From: Thermoplasmata archaeon
GTDB taxonomy: Archaea > Thermoplasmatota > Thermoplasmata > Lutacidiplasmatales > UBA184
Reading direction: 5' to 3'
DNA: 64,000 nt
Assembly (NCBI GenBank): GCA_052326485.1
Contig: JBKQMS010000003.1
Coordinates: 15,695-79,694, forward strand
Shown here piece after piece: positions 9,944 through 18,516 of this stretch. The notes under the pieces were generated by a model. It made no database searches. It saw only the letters and a program-made list of their open reading frames with translations, and had not been told where the DNA came from. Positions within the stretch are counted from its first letter, which is position 1. Each line of letters begins with the position of its first letter. The translations under genes were made by a program, and so were the position numbers.

Positions 9944-10906
9944 ATGTCGATCGCGATCTCGTCCGACCACCTCGGCAAGACGTACCCGAAGGCGCGGCCC
10001 GGGAAGTTCGCCCTCGAGGACCTCTCGCTCGAGATACCGACCGGACGGGTCTACGGGCTCATCGGGCGGAACGGGGCCGGCAAGACGACCTTCGTACGGA
10101 TCGCGTCGACCCAGCTCGCCGTCACGAAGGGGACGGTCTACGTTCTGGGGCACGACGTCCGGACCGAGGAGCGGGCGATTCGCACCCGCATCGCCTGTGT
10201 GCCCCAGGAGTCACGGCCCCTGTACTTCCTGAACGTCGAGGAGGTCATCTACCTCTACCTGAAGCTCCGCGGGCTCGATGCCCAGGATTCCCACCGCCGG
10301 ACGCGGGACGTCCTCGAGGAGCTCTCCCTCACCGAGTACCGTCGCCTGCTCGTCTCGCGTCTTTCCGGAGGGCTTCGCCGTCGGACCATGTGCGCGATGG
10401 TGCTGGCCTCGGACGCCGACGTCCTCTTCCTGGACGAGCCGACCACCGGTCTCGACCCGATCGCCCGCCGGGAGGTCTGGCAGGCGATCCGCCGGGCGAG
10501 CCGGGAGAACCGGACGATCGTCCTGACGACCCACTACCTCGACGAGGCCGAAGCCCTCTCCTCTCGCCTCGCGCTCATCGAGTCCGGACGGCTCAAGCTG
10601 GAAGGAACGCCCGCGGACCTGCGGGCCCGGGTGCGATACCCCTACCGCGTCACGATCCAAGGTGCCTTCCCGCGCGAGGAGCTGGACGGCTACGGGAAGG
10701 TCTCCGAGATCGAGGGCGGCACGCTCCTGTTCACCCGCGAGGCGGAGGCGCATGAGGTCGCGCGACGCGCCCTCGAGCGCGGCCTCCGGATCTCGATGGG
10801 TCCCGTGAGCCTCGAGGACATCTTCCTCGACGTCGTCGGGAGGTCGATCGAGGAGGACTCCAACTCCTCGGAGAAGGACGACGGCGGCGTGGAGGTCGGG
10901 GCATGA
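9944..10906 (+). CDS. ABC transporter ATP-binding protein
   Basis: Walker A GRNGAGKTT, signature LSGGLRRR, Walker B VLFLDEPT. Confidence 0.9.
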   Translation: MSIAISSDHLGKTYPKARPGKFALEDLSLEIPTGRVYGLIGRNGAGKTTFVRIASTQLAVTKGTVYVLGHDVRTEERAIRTRIACVPQESRPLYFLNVEEVIYLYLKLRGLDAQDSHRRTRDVLEELSLTEYRRLLVSRLSGGLRRRTMCAMVLASDADVLFLDEPTTGLDPIARREVWQAIRRASRENRTIVLTTHYLDEAEALSSRLALIESGRLKLEGTPADLRARVRYPYRVTIQGAFPREELDGYGKVSEIEGGTLLFTREAEAHEVARRALERGLRISMGPVSLEDIFLDVVGRSIEEDSNSSEKDDGGVEVGA

Positions 10907-11652
10907 GCCAACGCAACCGTCTGCGTTCGGTCTTCACCCTCGTCTGGCTGAACGGCATCATCCCCATCCGGACGACCCCTCTCTACATCCTGAATACGAT
11001 CGCCTCGCCGCTCTCGTTCCTCTTCTTCATCTTCATCGTTTCGCGCGGGGTCTACCTCAACTACGGGATCACCGGCGGCATGGTGCTCACGATGATGACG
11101 GTCGGAACGAGCCTCCAGTCCGACCTCACGCACTACCGGCACGACCTCAAGTTCCAGGACATCGTGGTCGCCTCGCCGGTCGAGGCGCCCGTCTACGTCA
11201 CCGGCATGGCGCTGAGCGAGCTCGTCTACTCCCTGCCGGCGCTCGCCGTGTTCGTCGCGCTGTTCGTCGCGTGGGGGCACGCCACGGTGACGAACCTCGC
11301 CGTGATCGCCGGGGTCCTCGTCCTCGTCTGGGCCTTCGCGAGCGCGCTCGCGTTCACGCTCGCCACGTACTTCCAGGACGTGCGCGAGACGTTCCTCTTC
11401 AGCCCGATGATCTCGCTCGTGCTCACCGTCCTTCCCCCGGTCTACTATCCGCTCTCCGCGCTCCCCGCGTGGGCTCAGACCGCCGCGCTCATCTCTCCGA
11501 CCACCTACGCCGCCGGGCTCGTCCAAGGGGCGTGCGGGCTCGGGCCGGCGCTCACGCTGTCGGGGGCGGCCGTCGATTGGGGGGTTCTGGTCGCGTTCAC
11601 GGCCGCCCTGTTCCTCCTCGCGGCCCTGAAGGCCCGCTGGAAGGAGCCCTGA
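10903..11652 (+). CDS. ABC-2 type transporter permease
   Basis: About 6 hydrophobic helices. ATGA overlap with the upstream ATPase gene. Confidence 0.8.
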   Translation: MSQRNRLRSVFTLVWLNGIIPIRTTPLYILNTIASPLSFLFFIFIVSRGVYLNYGITGGMVLTMMTVGTSLQSDLTHYRHDLKFQDIVVASPVEAPVYVTGMALSELVYSLPALAVFVALFVAWGHATVTNLAVIAGVLVLVWAFASALAFTLATYFQDVRETFLFSPMISLVLTVLPPVYYPLSALPAWAQTAALISPTTYAAGLVQGACGLGPALTLSGAAVDWGVLVAFTAALFLLAALKARWKEP

Positions 11653-11707
11653 GCGCCCGGAACGGGCCTCCGACGCGCGTCCGAGCGGGTCCGTCGCGCG
11701 AGGCCTT

Positions 11708-11974
11708 ATGTACCGGCCAAATGGTGGAGCCGCGATGCTTTCTTTCGCGGACAGTCGCGTCTTCGAACTGCCCGATGAACGCCTCTCTCGGTGTCTCTTT
11801 TGCGGGAAGGAGCTCGTGATCCTTCCGGACGACCGGCGCGGAGGCGCGTGCTTCGACTGCCTCGCGCTCTCCCTGCGTCCCCCCGCGCCCTGCCCGAGCT
11901 GCGGGATCCTGATCCCCGGCGAGGAGCGCGGCGTGGGCTGTGCGAACTGCCGGTGGTACCCTCTCCGCGACTAG
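11708..11974 (+). CDS. small double zinc-ribbon protein (four CxxC pairs), function unknown
   Basis: CLFC...CFDC...CPSC...CANC spaced as two zinc ribbons in 88 aa. Confidence 0.5.
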   Translation: MYRPNGGAAMLSFADSRVFELPDERLSRCLFCGKELVILPDDRRGGACFDCLALSLRPPAPCPSCGILIPGEERGVGCANCRWYPLRD

Positions 11975-12034
11975 CGTCGTCCCCCGCGTCTCCGCTAAGC
12001 TTATCGGTCGATTCCCGTCCGTCACCCAGGGCGT

Positions 12035-12152
12035 GCCGAGGTGGCTCAGTCCGGTACGGCGCGAGTCTGGAAAGCTCGTGGCGGAATACGCCTCGGGAGT
12101 TCAAACGCCGAGGACGGCCAACCCGTCGCGGCGGAGATTCTCCCCCTCGGCG
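12035..12152 (+). tRNA. tRNA-Ser (anticodon GGA) with a ~33-nt intron in the T-loop
   Basis: Acceptor GCCGAGG (12035-41) pairs with CCTCGGC (12145-51), followed by G73. Anticodon arm is CGAGT-CTGGAAA-GCTCG. Long variable arm GGCG-GAATA-CGCC. T-stem GGGAG (12095-99) pairs with CTCCC (12140-44) only after removing 12106-12138. Confidence 0.75.
12106..12138 (+). other. putative non-canonical tRNA intron (T-loop, position 59/60 or 60/61)
   Basis: Separates TTCAAA from T-CTCCC. Internal helices CGCCG (12106-10)/CGGCG (12129-33) and GACGG (12113-17)/CCGTC (12123-27). Ends in GGCGGAGAT. Confidence 0.65.
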
Positions 12153-12198
12153 CTCCCCGCTCGGCCCGGGATCCCATGAGGCGGGGTTCTCTCCCGCC

Positions 12199-12690
12199 AT
12201 GACGGTCCCGGACCGAGCCCGGGCCCCGGCACTCCTGCAGGTCGATGCGATCCTGTCCCGCCTAGCTGGCCGCCAGGCCCTGGCGGAGGTCTGCCGGTTC
12301 CTTCGACACTCGTTCCCCCACTACCCTTGGGTCGGGGTCTATCGGCTCGAAGGGACCGACCTCGTCCTCGACGCATGGGAAGGGCCTCAAGCGACCGAGC
12401 ACACGCGGATTCCCCTCGACCGCGGGGTCTGCGGTCAGGCGGCCCGCGAAGGTCGCACGGTCATCGTCGACGACGTTCGGTCCGACCCGAACTACCTCGC
12501 CTGCTTCCTCGAGACCCGAGCCGAGATCGTGGTCCCCGTCCGTCACGAAGGGCGCGTGGTCGGCGAGATCGACATCGACGGGAACGCGGTCAGGGCCTTT
12601 GACGAGTCCGACCGCCGGTTCCTCGAGGACGTCGCGGCGAAGCTCGGGTCCGCGGTCGAGCGATCGGGCGCCGAGCTGCCGCACGCGTGA
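12199..12690 (+). CDS. GAF domain protein (free methionine-R-sulfoxide reductase-like)
   Basis: YPWVGVYRL...GVCGQAAREGRTVIVDDV...YLACF...EIVVPV...GEIDIDG pattern of single-GAF fRMsr-like proteins. The upstream part of the 299-aa track ORF covers the tRNA and is rejected. Confidence 0.8.
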   Translation: MTVPDRARAPALLQVDAILSRLAGRQALAEVCRFLRHSFPHYPWVGVYRLEGTDLVLDAWEGPQATEHTRIPLDRGVCGQAAREGRTVIVDDVRSDPNYLACFLETRAEIVVPVRHEGRVVGEIDIDGNAVRAFDESDRRFLEDVAAKLGSAVERSGAELPHA

Positions 12691-13414
12691 GACCCGTCCC
12701 GATCGTCCCGAGCGCCTCGGAGAGCGCCGCGCGACGGTCGAAAGGCGTGAGGCGGGGCGGACGGGAGCTCTGTCGCCGCCGTACGGCCTGGCGGGCGACC
12801 TCGGAGAGCGCGCGCCGGAGCTCGTCCACGATCGGTAGGTCGGCGGCCCGGCTCGTGCGGGAGAGGGGGTTGAGGTCGACCGAGATGACGCGTTTCCCGA
12901 GGGCGCGGAGAGCCTCGGTCCGGTCCCCGTCCTCGAGCGGGACGAGGCAGACGTCGGCGTCGAGGATGCCCCGACGGTCGACCTTCGCCCGGTCGGAGGG
13001 GAGCCGGGGGATCGTCGCGGTCGGCCGCACGCCCAGCACCCGGCGCACGCCGGCCGCCCGCAGCACTTCGGCGACCCGGCGGGCCCGCGACCCGGTGCGA
13101 TGGAAGAGGTTCACCTCGACGTCCAGCCCGGGTACGGCCCGCGCGAGCGCCGCGACCTCCGGGGCCGCGAGGGCCGCGACGTTTCCGTTGACGCTGACGA
13201 CCGGGTGCCGGGCCGCGAGCAGCCATTCGGCTGCCGCCCGCTCGGCCCGCCGGGCGCCGGGGGTCGTGCGTTCCCCAAGGAGGTAGTCGAACGCCTCCCC
13301 TCGGCCCTGAGCGATGAGCCCCTCCGGAACGACCAGGCCCTTCCGGTGCGCCTCGGCGAGGGCGTGTCGCACCTTCAGGCTCGCATAACGGGGGTGGCGG
13401 GGTGAAAGGCGCAT
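12590..13414 (-). CDS. phosphopantothenate synthetase (archaeal 4-phosphopantoate--beta-alanine ligase)
   Basis: RGEAFDYLLGE, VVSVNGNVAAL, EVNLFHRT, LVPLEDGDRTEAL and SVDLNPLSRT motifs of the archaeal CoA-pathway enzyme. The C-terminal tail overlaps the GAF gene. Confidence 0.85.
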   Translation of the reverse strand: MRLSPRHPRYASLKVRHALAEAHRKGLVVPEGLIAQGRGEAFDYLLGERTTPGARRAERAAAEWLLAARHPVVSVNGNVAALAAPEVAALARAVPGLDVEVNLFHRTGSRARRVAEVLRAAGVRRVLGVRPTATIPRLPSDRAKVDRRGILDADVCLVPLEDGDRTEALRALGKRVISVDLNPLSRTSRAADLPIVDELRRALSEVARQAVRRRQSSRPPRLTPFDRRAALSEALGTIGTGLTRAAARRPIARPRTRASPRRPRGTGGRTRQRP

Positions 13415-13426
13415 CGCAGCGTACGC

Positions 13427-14152
13427 CTAGTGCGCTTCTGGCGGGGGGTCGGTCGTCGCCTCGGCGGCGGGTGCCCGGCGGCCCTCGAGCGCCGCGATGC
13501 GTTCTTCGAGCGGGGCGAGGCCGTCCTCGATCGCCTTCGTGAGCGTGAGCTTCAAGCTCTCCTCGAGGGCGACCAGGTCCCGGCCGAGGTCGATGATCCG
13601 CCGGGCGTTCTCGTTGAGCAGGAGGCGGCTCTGGGTGGAGACGCGGTAGGTGTCGGACAGGTCCTTCGTGAGCTGATGGGACGACTGGGCGAACGTCTCG
13701 ATCGAGGCGCCGACCGGCTTCCACTTCTCCTCGAGGTTGGAGGTGATGGTCGTGGAGAGCTTGTCGGTCGCGGACTGGATTCCCGTGGAGAGCTCGCGAG
13801 AGACCCGCTCGCCGAGCGACGTCTCCATCCCCTCGAGCCGGGTCTTGACGTCCTGGCTCACCTCTTGGCTGCCGGTCTCCATCCGCTGGAGGCGGTCCTC
13901 GACCGCCTGGAGGCGGGCGAGCAGGTTCGAGTAGGCGGTCCCGATGAGCGTGTCGGCGTGCGCCTGGCTCAGCTCCTGGCCTCGGAGGAGGAGGTGGAGG
14001 ACCCAGTGCTCCCGCCCTTTCGTCTCGGAGAGCGGTCCCCGGTCGACCCGGTCCCGGACCTCCCGGTCGTCGATGAGCGTCTGGAGCTCTTTGAGGACCT
14101 CCACCCGAAGGAAGGAAGTGGTCCCCCCGGGGTTCGCAGGGCGGCCCGCCAT
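13427..14152 (-). CDS. hypothetical coiled-coil protein
   Basis: Balanced amino-acid composition and long heptad-like helical stretches. The opposite-strand 408-aa ORF is R/G/P-rich junk. A TATA box lies 25-32 bp upstream of the ATG. Confidence 0.6.
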   Translation of the reverse strand: MAGRPANPGGTTSFLRVEVLKELQTLIDDREVRDRVDRGPLSETKGREHWVLHLLLRGQELSQAHADTLIGTAYSNLLARLQAVEDRLQRMETGSQEVSQDVKTRLEGMETSLGERVSRELSTGIQSATDKLSTTITSNLEEKWKPVGASIETFAQSSHQLTKDLSDTYRVSTQSRLLLNENARRIIDLGRDLVALEESLKLTLTKAIEDGLAPLEERIAALEGRRAPAAEATTDPPPEAH

Positions 14153-14176
14153 CGCCGGAGCATGGGGTTACCGCGG

Positions 14177-14184
14177 CTATATAC
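14177..14184 (-). promoter_or_regulatory. TATA box (GTATATAG on minus strand) for the coiled-coil gene; near-leaderless
   Basis: Read directly; 25-32 bp upstream of the ATG at 14152. Confidence 0.45.
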
Positions 14185-14272
14185 GTTGGCCGGGACCAGG
14201 GCCCGCTTACGTTCGGGCCGCCCGGGGTGCGCCTCCGGTCCCGCAGCGACGGCCCGGGTCCGGGAGGGCGGC

Positions 14273-15427
14273 CTATTCCACGAACTCGCGGCCGAGCAGC
14301 TCGCGGGCGACGATAAGGCGGCGGATCTCCGACGTGCCTGCCCCGATTTCGAGCAGCTTCGCGTCCCGGGCGAGCCGTTCAAGGGGAAGGTCTCGCATGT
14401 ACCCGTACCCCCCGTGGATCTGGATGGCGTCGAGGGCGACGCGGGTGGACGCCTCGGAGGCGAACGTGAGCGCCGCGGCGCTCGCCCGAAGGATGCGGTG
14501 GTCGGTGCGCACGGTCTCGAGCGCGGCGTACATGAGCCACCGAGACGCCTCGAGGTCGGAGTACATCTCCGCGAGCTTCGCCTGGATGAGCTGGAAGCGC
14601 CCAATCTTCTGCCCGAACTGCTCGCGCTGTCGGGCATAGGCGACCGAACGGTCTAGGCATTCCGCGATGATCCCGACGGGGATCGCGGTGAGGACCGCCC
14701 GCTCCACGTTGAGGCCGCTCATCATGATCCGGACCCCATCGTTCTCCTTGCCGACCAGCTGGTCCCGGGGGACCTCGACATCCTGGAACGCGAGCTCTCC
14801 CGTGGGCGAGCCCCGCATGCCCATCTTGTCGAGGCTCTTCGTGACCGAGAACCCGGGGGTGTCGCGCCGGACGAGGAACGCGCTGATGCCACGAGAACCC
14901 TTGTCGGGGGCGGTCTTCGCGTAGACCAGCATCATGTCGGCCACCGGGCCGTTCGTGATGAACTGCTTCGTGCCGTTGAGACGGTAGTGGCCGCCGTCCC
15001 GCTCGGCCCTCATCCGGATGGAGACCGCGTCCGAGCCTGCGTCCGGCTCGGTGAGGGCGAGGGCCCCGACCGCCTCTCCCGCCGCCGCGGCCGGGAGGAA
15101 CGCCGCCCGCTGGTCGTCGTCGGCGTTCCGGGCCACGTTGTCGGCGAAGAGGTTCGAATGCGCGCCGACGCTCAGCGCGAGGGCGGGGCTGACCCGCGCG
15201 ATCTCCTCGAGCACCAAAGCCTGGGCGACGTACGAGAGCCCGAGCCCTCCGTACTTCTCGGGCAGCGTGAGCCCGAGGAAGCCCTGTTCCCCGAGACGCG
15301 CGAAGACGTCCCTCGGGAAGTGGTCCTCCCGGTCCATCCGCTCGGAGACCGGCGCGATCTCCTTGCGGGCGAAACGTCGGGCGGCCTCGCGGAGGTCCTG
15401 CTCCTCCCGGGAGAGAGTGAGGTCCAT
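14273..15427 (-). CDS. acyl-CoA dehydrogenase
   Basis: Full-length ACAD architecture: N-terminal [14 protein letters not shown], middle [14 protein letters not shown]-terminal [32 protein letters not shown]. Confidence 0.9.
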   Translation of the reverse strand: MDLTLSREEQDLREAARRFARKEIAPVSERMDREDHFPRDVFARLGEQGFLGLTLPEKYGGLGLSYVAQALVLEEIARVSPALALSVGAHSNLFADNVARNADDDQRAAFLPAAAAGEAVGALALTEPDAGSDAVSIRMRAERDGGHYRLNGTKQFITNGPVADMMLVYAKTAPDKGSRGISAFLVRRDTPGFSVTKSLDKMGMRGSPTGELAFQDVEVPRDQLVGKENDGVRIMMSGLNVERAVLTAIPVGIIAECLDRSVAYARQREQFGQKIGRFQLIQAKLAEMYSDLEASRWLMYAALETVRTDHRILRASAAALTFASEASTRVALDAIQIHGGYGYMRDLPLERLARDAKLLEIGAGTSEIRRLIVARELLGREFVE

Positions 15428-15469
15428 GCCCGGGCGACATTGCCCGAGGCCATACGGTTGTCGCGAGGA

Positions 15470-17038
15470 CTAGGAGCGGCGGCCGGGGGCCTTCTTCCGC
15501 ACGATCCCGATGTGGAACCGCCACTCGGGCCGGCGGGCCGGGAAGTCGGAACGGTAGTGGGCCCCCCGGCTCTCCGTGCGGGTGAGCGCCGCGCGCGATA
15601 CGAGCGAGGCGGTCAGGACCGCGTTGGCGACGGGTCCCGGCAGGTCGGCGGCGCGGCTCGGCTCGGTCGACCTCCCGAGCCCGGCGAGCTCCTCGAGGGC
15701 GGTTCGAAGGCCGCTTCCCGTGCGGACGATCCCGACGTTGTCCCAAAGGAGGTCACGGACCCGGTCGACGGCCTGGGCAAAGTCGGCGCGCCCCGCGCCC
15801 GAGGACCAGGCGAACCGGACCAGACGACCGGGCGACGGCACCGGGCTCGGGACCGGATTCACGAGCTGGCGCGCGACACGTTCCCCGTAGACGAGTCCCT
15901 CGAGGAGAGAGTTGCTCGCCAGGCGATTGGCCCCGTGGACACCGGTGGACGCGACCTCTCCGCACGCGTAGAGCCCGCGGAGGCTCGTCCGGCCCTCGAG
16001 GTCGGTCGTCACCCCTCCGATCATGTAGTGGGCGGCGGGGGTGACCGGGATCCAGTCGCGCGACGGGTCGAGACCGTACGTCGCGAGAAAGCGGCAAACG
16101 GAGGGGAAGCGAGCGAACAGGCGGTCCCGCGAGATCGCGGTCGCGTCCAGATAGACGCACGGGTGACCGGACCGGTGGATCTCGCGGTCGACAGCCCGAG
16201 ATACGATGTCGCGGGGCGCGAGCTCGGCGTCCCGATGGTGTCCGACCAGGAACCGTTCGCCGGCCTCGTTGCGGAGGACGGCGCCCTCTCCTCGGAAGGC
16301 TTCGGTGATCAGGTAGCGGGGCACACCCTCCCGCCAGAAGACCGTGGGGTGGAACTGGATGAACTCCATGTCGGTGAGGAGCGCCCCGACCCGGAACGCG
16401 ATGGCGAGACCTTCTCCGGTCGCCACGGAGGGGTTCGTGGTCTGTCGGTAGAGGCTGGCCGCGCCGCCGGTCGCCAGGACCACCGGGCCGGCCTCGGTCT
16501 CCTCGACGTTCCGACCGCGATCGTTCGAGATGAAGGCGACCATCCCGTCTCGACCGGTCGCCCGCAGCCCGCGAAGCACGGTCCGCTCCCGGACCTCGAT
16601 ACCGGCATCCAGGACCTTTCGCTTCAGGGTCTCTTCGATCGAGAGGCCGGTGGCATCCCCGCCGGCGTGAAGGATCCGCGACCGGGAGTGCGCGGCCTCT
16701 CGTCCCAGCGAAACCTGGCCCTCGATCGTGTCGAAGGGGACGCCGTACCGGACGAGGTCTGCGATCCGCGCCGGAGCCTCGTACGTGAGCGCCTTGGCTG
16801 CCGCGCGGTCGACCAGGCCGGCCCCCGCGCGGAGCGTATCTTCCAGGTGGAGGGCGGGAGAATCGTCCGCCCCGACCGCCGCGGCGATTCCGCCCTGAGC
16901 GTACCGGGTGTTGGACTCCTCGAGACGAGACTTCGTGATCAACGTCGGTCGTAGGCCGAGCTCTCGGCAGCGGAGCGCGACGTACAGTCCGGCGATGCCC
17001 GTACCGACGACCAGCGGACGACCGTCGTGGTCGCGCAC
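15470..17038 (-). CDS. nadB: L-aspartate oxidase
   Basis: FAD dinucleotide fold VVGTGIAGL; YAQGGIAAA, HPT and GLYACGEVASTGVHGANRLASNSLLEG motifs. GTG start. Confidence 0.9.
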   Translation of the reverse strand: MRDHDGRPLVVGTGIAGLYVALRCRELGLRPTLITKSRLEESNTRYAQGGIAAAVGADDSPALHLEDTLRAGAGLVDRAAAKALTYEAPARIADLVRYGVPFDTIEGQVSLGREAAHSRSRILHAGGDATGLSIEETLKRKVLDAGIEVRERTVLRGLRATGRDGMVAFISNDRGRNVEETEAGPVVLATGGAASLYRQTTNPSVATGEGLAIAFRVGALLTDMEFIQFHPTVFWREGVPRYLITEAFRGEGAVLRNEAGERFLVGHHRDAELAPRDIVSRAVDREIHRSGHPCVYLDATAISRDRLFARFPSVCRFLATYGLDPSRDWIPVTPAAHYMIGGVTTDLEGRTSLRGLYACGEVASTGVHGANRLASNSLLEGLVYGERVARQLVNPVPSPVPSPGRLVRFAWSSGAGRADFAQAVDRVRDLLWDNVGIVRTGSGLRTALEELAGLGRSTEPSRAADLPGPVANAVLTASLVSRAALTRTESRGAHYRSDFPARRPEWRFHIGIVRKKAPGRRS

Positions 17039-17118
17039 GAGAGAGCGAGCGGGGCGCGTGGTATAGCGGCTTCCCCCAGCGGGGGGGCTGTCGTATACCT
17101 GTTCGGCCTCCGGGGACC

Positions 17119-18516
17119 GTGCCCGAGAGCGAGCCCCCGTCCCCGAACCCGTGGGAGGCGGTCGTCTCTGTCCGAGGGGACGCCGCGCTCGAGAAGGAGC
17201 TCACGAGCCGACTCGAGCTGGAAACCGGCCTGAGGTCCATCGGGGTCACCGCCCTCATCTCGCTGCGCCGGGCCTTCTATCGGGCGTTCGCGCCCGCCGT
17301 TCCCATCCCTCCCGCCCGCCAGGTCCGCCTCGACCAGGGCCGCGCCCTCCATCGGACGCTGGGGACCCGCCTCGCTCGCGAAGGGGTCCTCGAGGCGCGG
17401 GTCCGACGGGACGGGCTCGTCGGACGGATCGATATCCTGGCCGAGCTCCCGATTGAGGTGAAGACCGCGACCGCGCTCATCGACCCATCGGACCTCCCGG
17501 GCTACCGACCCGACCACATCGAGCAGCTCGGCATGTACTGCGCGCTCGTCGACCGGCCCGCCGGCCGACTCCTCACCTTGGTCGCGAGCCCGGACGGCGT
17601 CTCCGAGGTACAGGCCGTGGATGTTACGTTCCGATCGACCGCTCGGATCCTCTCCGAGATGCGGCGCAGGGCCGACCTGCTCCGGGCAGCCTGGGGCGAG
17701 GCCCGCGTCGACCCGCTTCCGAGGTGTCCGTGGTACGGTCGGGGTTGCGAGTTCGAGGAAGCCTCGGTGTGCGCGTGCACGGGCGGGGAGCAGCCCGTCC
17801 CCCACCCTATCCCCGAGGAGGTCGAGACGATCTCCGCGAGGGACGACGTCCGGGACCGGGTCCGCGCCGCGCTTTCCGAGCCGATCCCGACCGAGGAGAC
17901 CTCACCAGTGGGGCGGTTTCGGGAACTGCTCTACCCTCGGCGTGCCTACTTCGACCGGACCGCTCCCGTCGCGGCCCCGACCGAGGCCCCGACGACAGTT
18001 CCTCCTCGAGAGGTTTCGCCCCCCTCCCCGAAACCGGACCTCTACGCGCGGTTGAGCGAGGCGCTGGAGTGCGGGCCTGCCGGGGAGGTCGCGCGGCTAC
18101 CGGCCCGGTCGGCCGAGCCCGAGGAGGAGGTGGTCGGGTTCCGGGGCCGTCCGTTGTTGATGAGGACATCCCGCGTGTGGGGGCGCTTCCGAGAGGATGA
18201 GGTCGTCCGGCGAGCTCCCCAGTACGCTCTCGAGCTCGGGTTGCGGTGCGCCACCACGGGGACGGACTCCGGGGTCGTCGTGGTCGGGTTCGAGCGGGCC
18301 AAGGCCGACCGCGACCGGCTCCAGGTCCTCGAGCTCCGTTTCGCCTCGCTCACCCCGTTCTCTCGGTTCTACCGGGAGCGCAGCCGCAGCCTCGCGGGCG
18401 CGGTCCGCGACCGGGCGCCGGCGGGCCTGCCGGCGTGCCCGGACTGGATGACGTCGGATTGCCCCTACCGGTCGGAGTGCGGCTGCGGGGGGTCCGAGGT
18501 CCGCGTGACGCGGTAG
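17119..18516 (+). CDS. hypothetical protein with a PD-(D/E)XK nuclease-like N-terminal half and a degenerate duplicated C-terminal half, each ending in a Cys cluster
   Basis: First half has GRIDIL..IEVKT, QLGMYC and CPWYGRGCEFEEASVCAC. Second half has GFRGRPLLMRTSR, QYALELGL and CPDWMTSDCPYRSECGC. Confidence 0.6.
   Translation: MPESEPPSPNPWEAVVSVRGDAALEKELTSRLELETGLRSIGVTALISLRRAFYRAFAPAVPIPPARQVRLDQGRALHRTLGTRLAREGVLEARVRRDGLVGRIDILAELPIEVKTATALIDPSDLPGYRPDHIEQLGMYCALVDRPAGRLLTLVASPDGVSEVQAVDVTFRSTARILSEMRRRADLLRAAWGEARVDPLPRCPWYGRGCEFEEASVCACTGGEQPVPHPIPEEVETISARDDVRDRVRAALSEPIPTEETSPVGRFRELLYPRRAYFDRTAPVAAPTEAPTTVPPREVSPPSPKPDLYARLSEALECGPAGEVARLPARSAEPEEEVVGFRGRPLLMRTSRVWGRFREDEVVRRAPQYALELGLRCATTGTDSGVVVVGFERAKADRDRLQVLELRFASLTPFSRFYRERSRSLAGAVRDRAPAGLPACPDWMTSDCPYRSECGCGGSEVRVTR

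Noticed and set aside
12035-12120. First reading of the tRNA-Ser region as a tRNA pseudogene or att-site remnant. The T arm does not pair, and GCCGAGG is repeated at 12035 and 12107.
   Set aside because: Perfect T-stem and acceptor partners plus G73 occur 33 nt downstream (12140-12152). The same architecture recurs in tRNA-Arg. The intron model explains everything, and no integrase is nearby.
12543-13724. 393-aa minus-strand ORF
   Set aside because: It is an alternative frame over the phosphopantothenate synthetase and coiled-coil genes. The translation is extreme in R/P/G content.
14987-16954. 655-aa plus-strand ORF
   Set aside because: It is antisense to acyl-CoA dehydrogenase and NadB, both of which have unambiguous motifs. 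Composition is junk-like.
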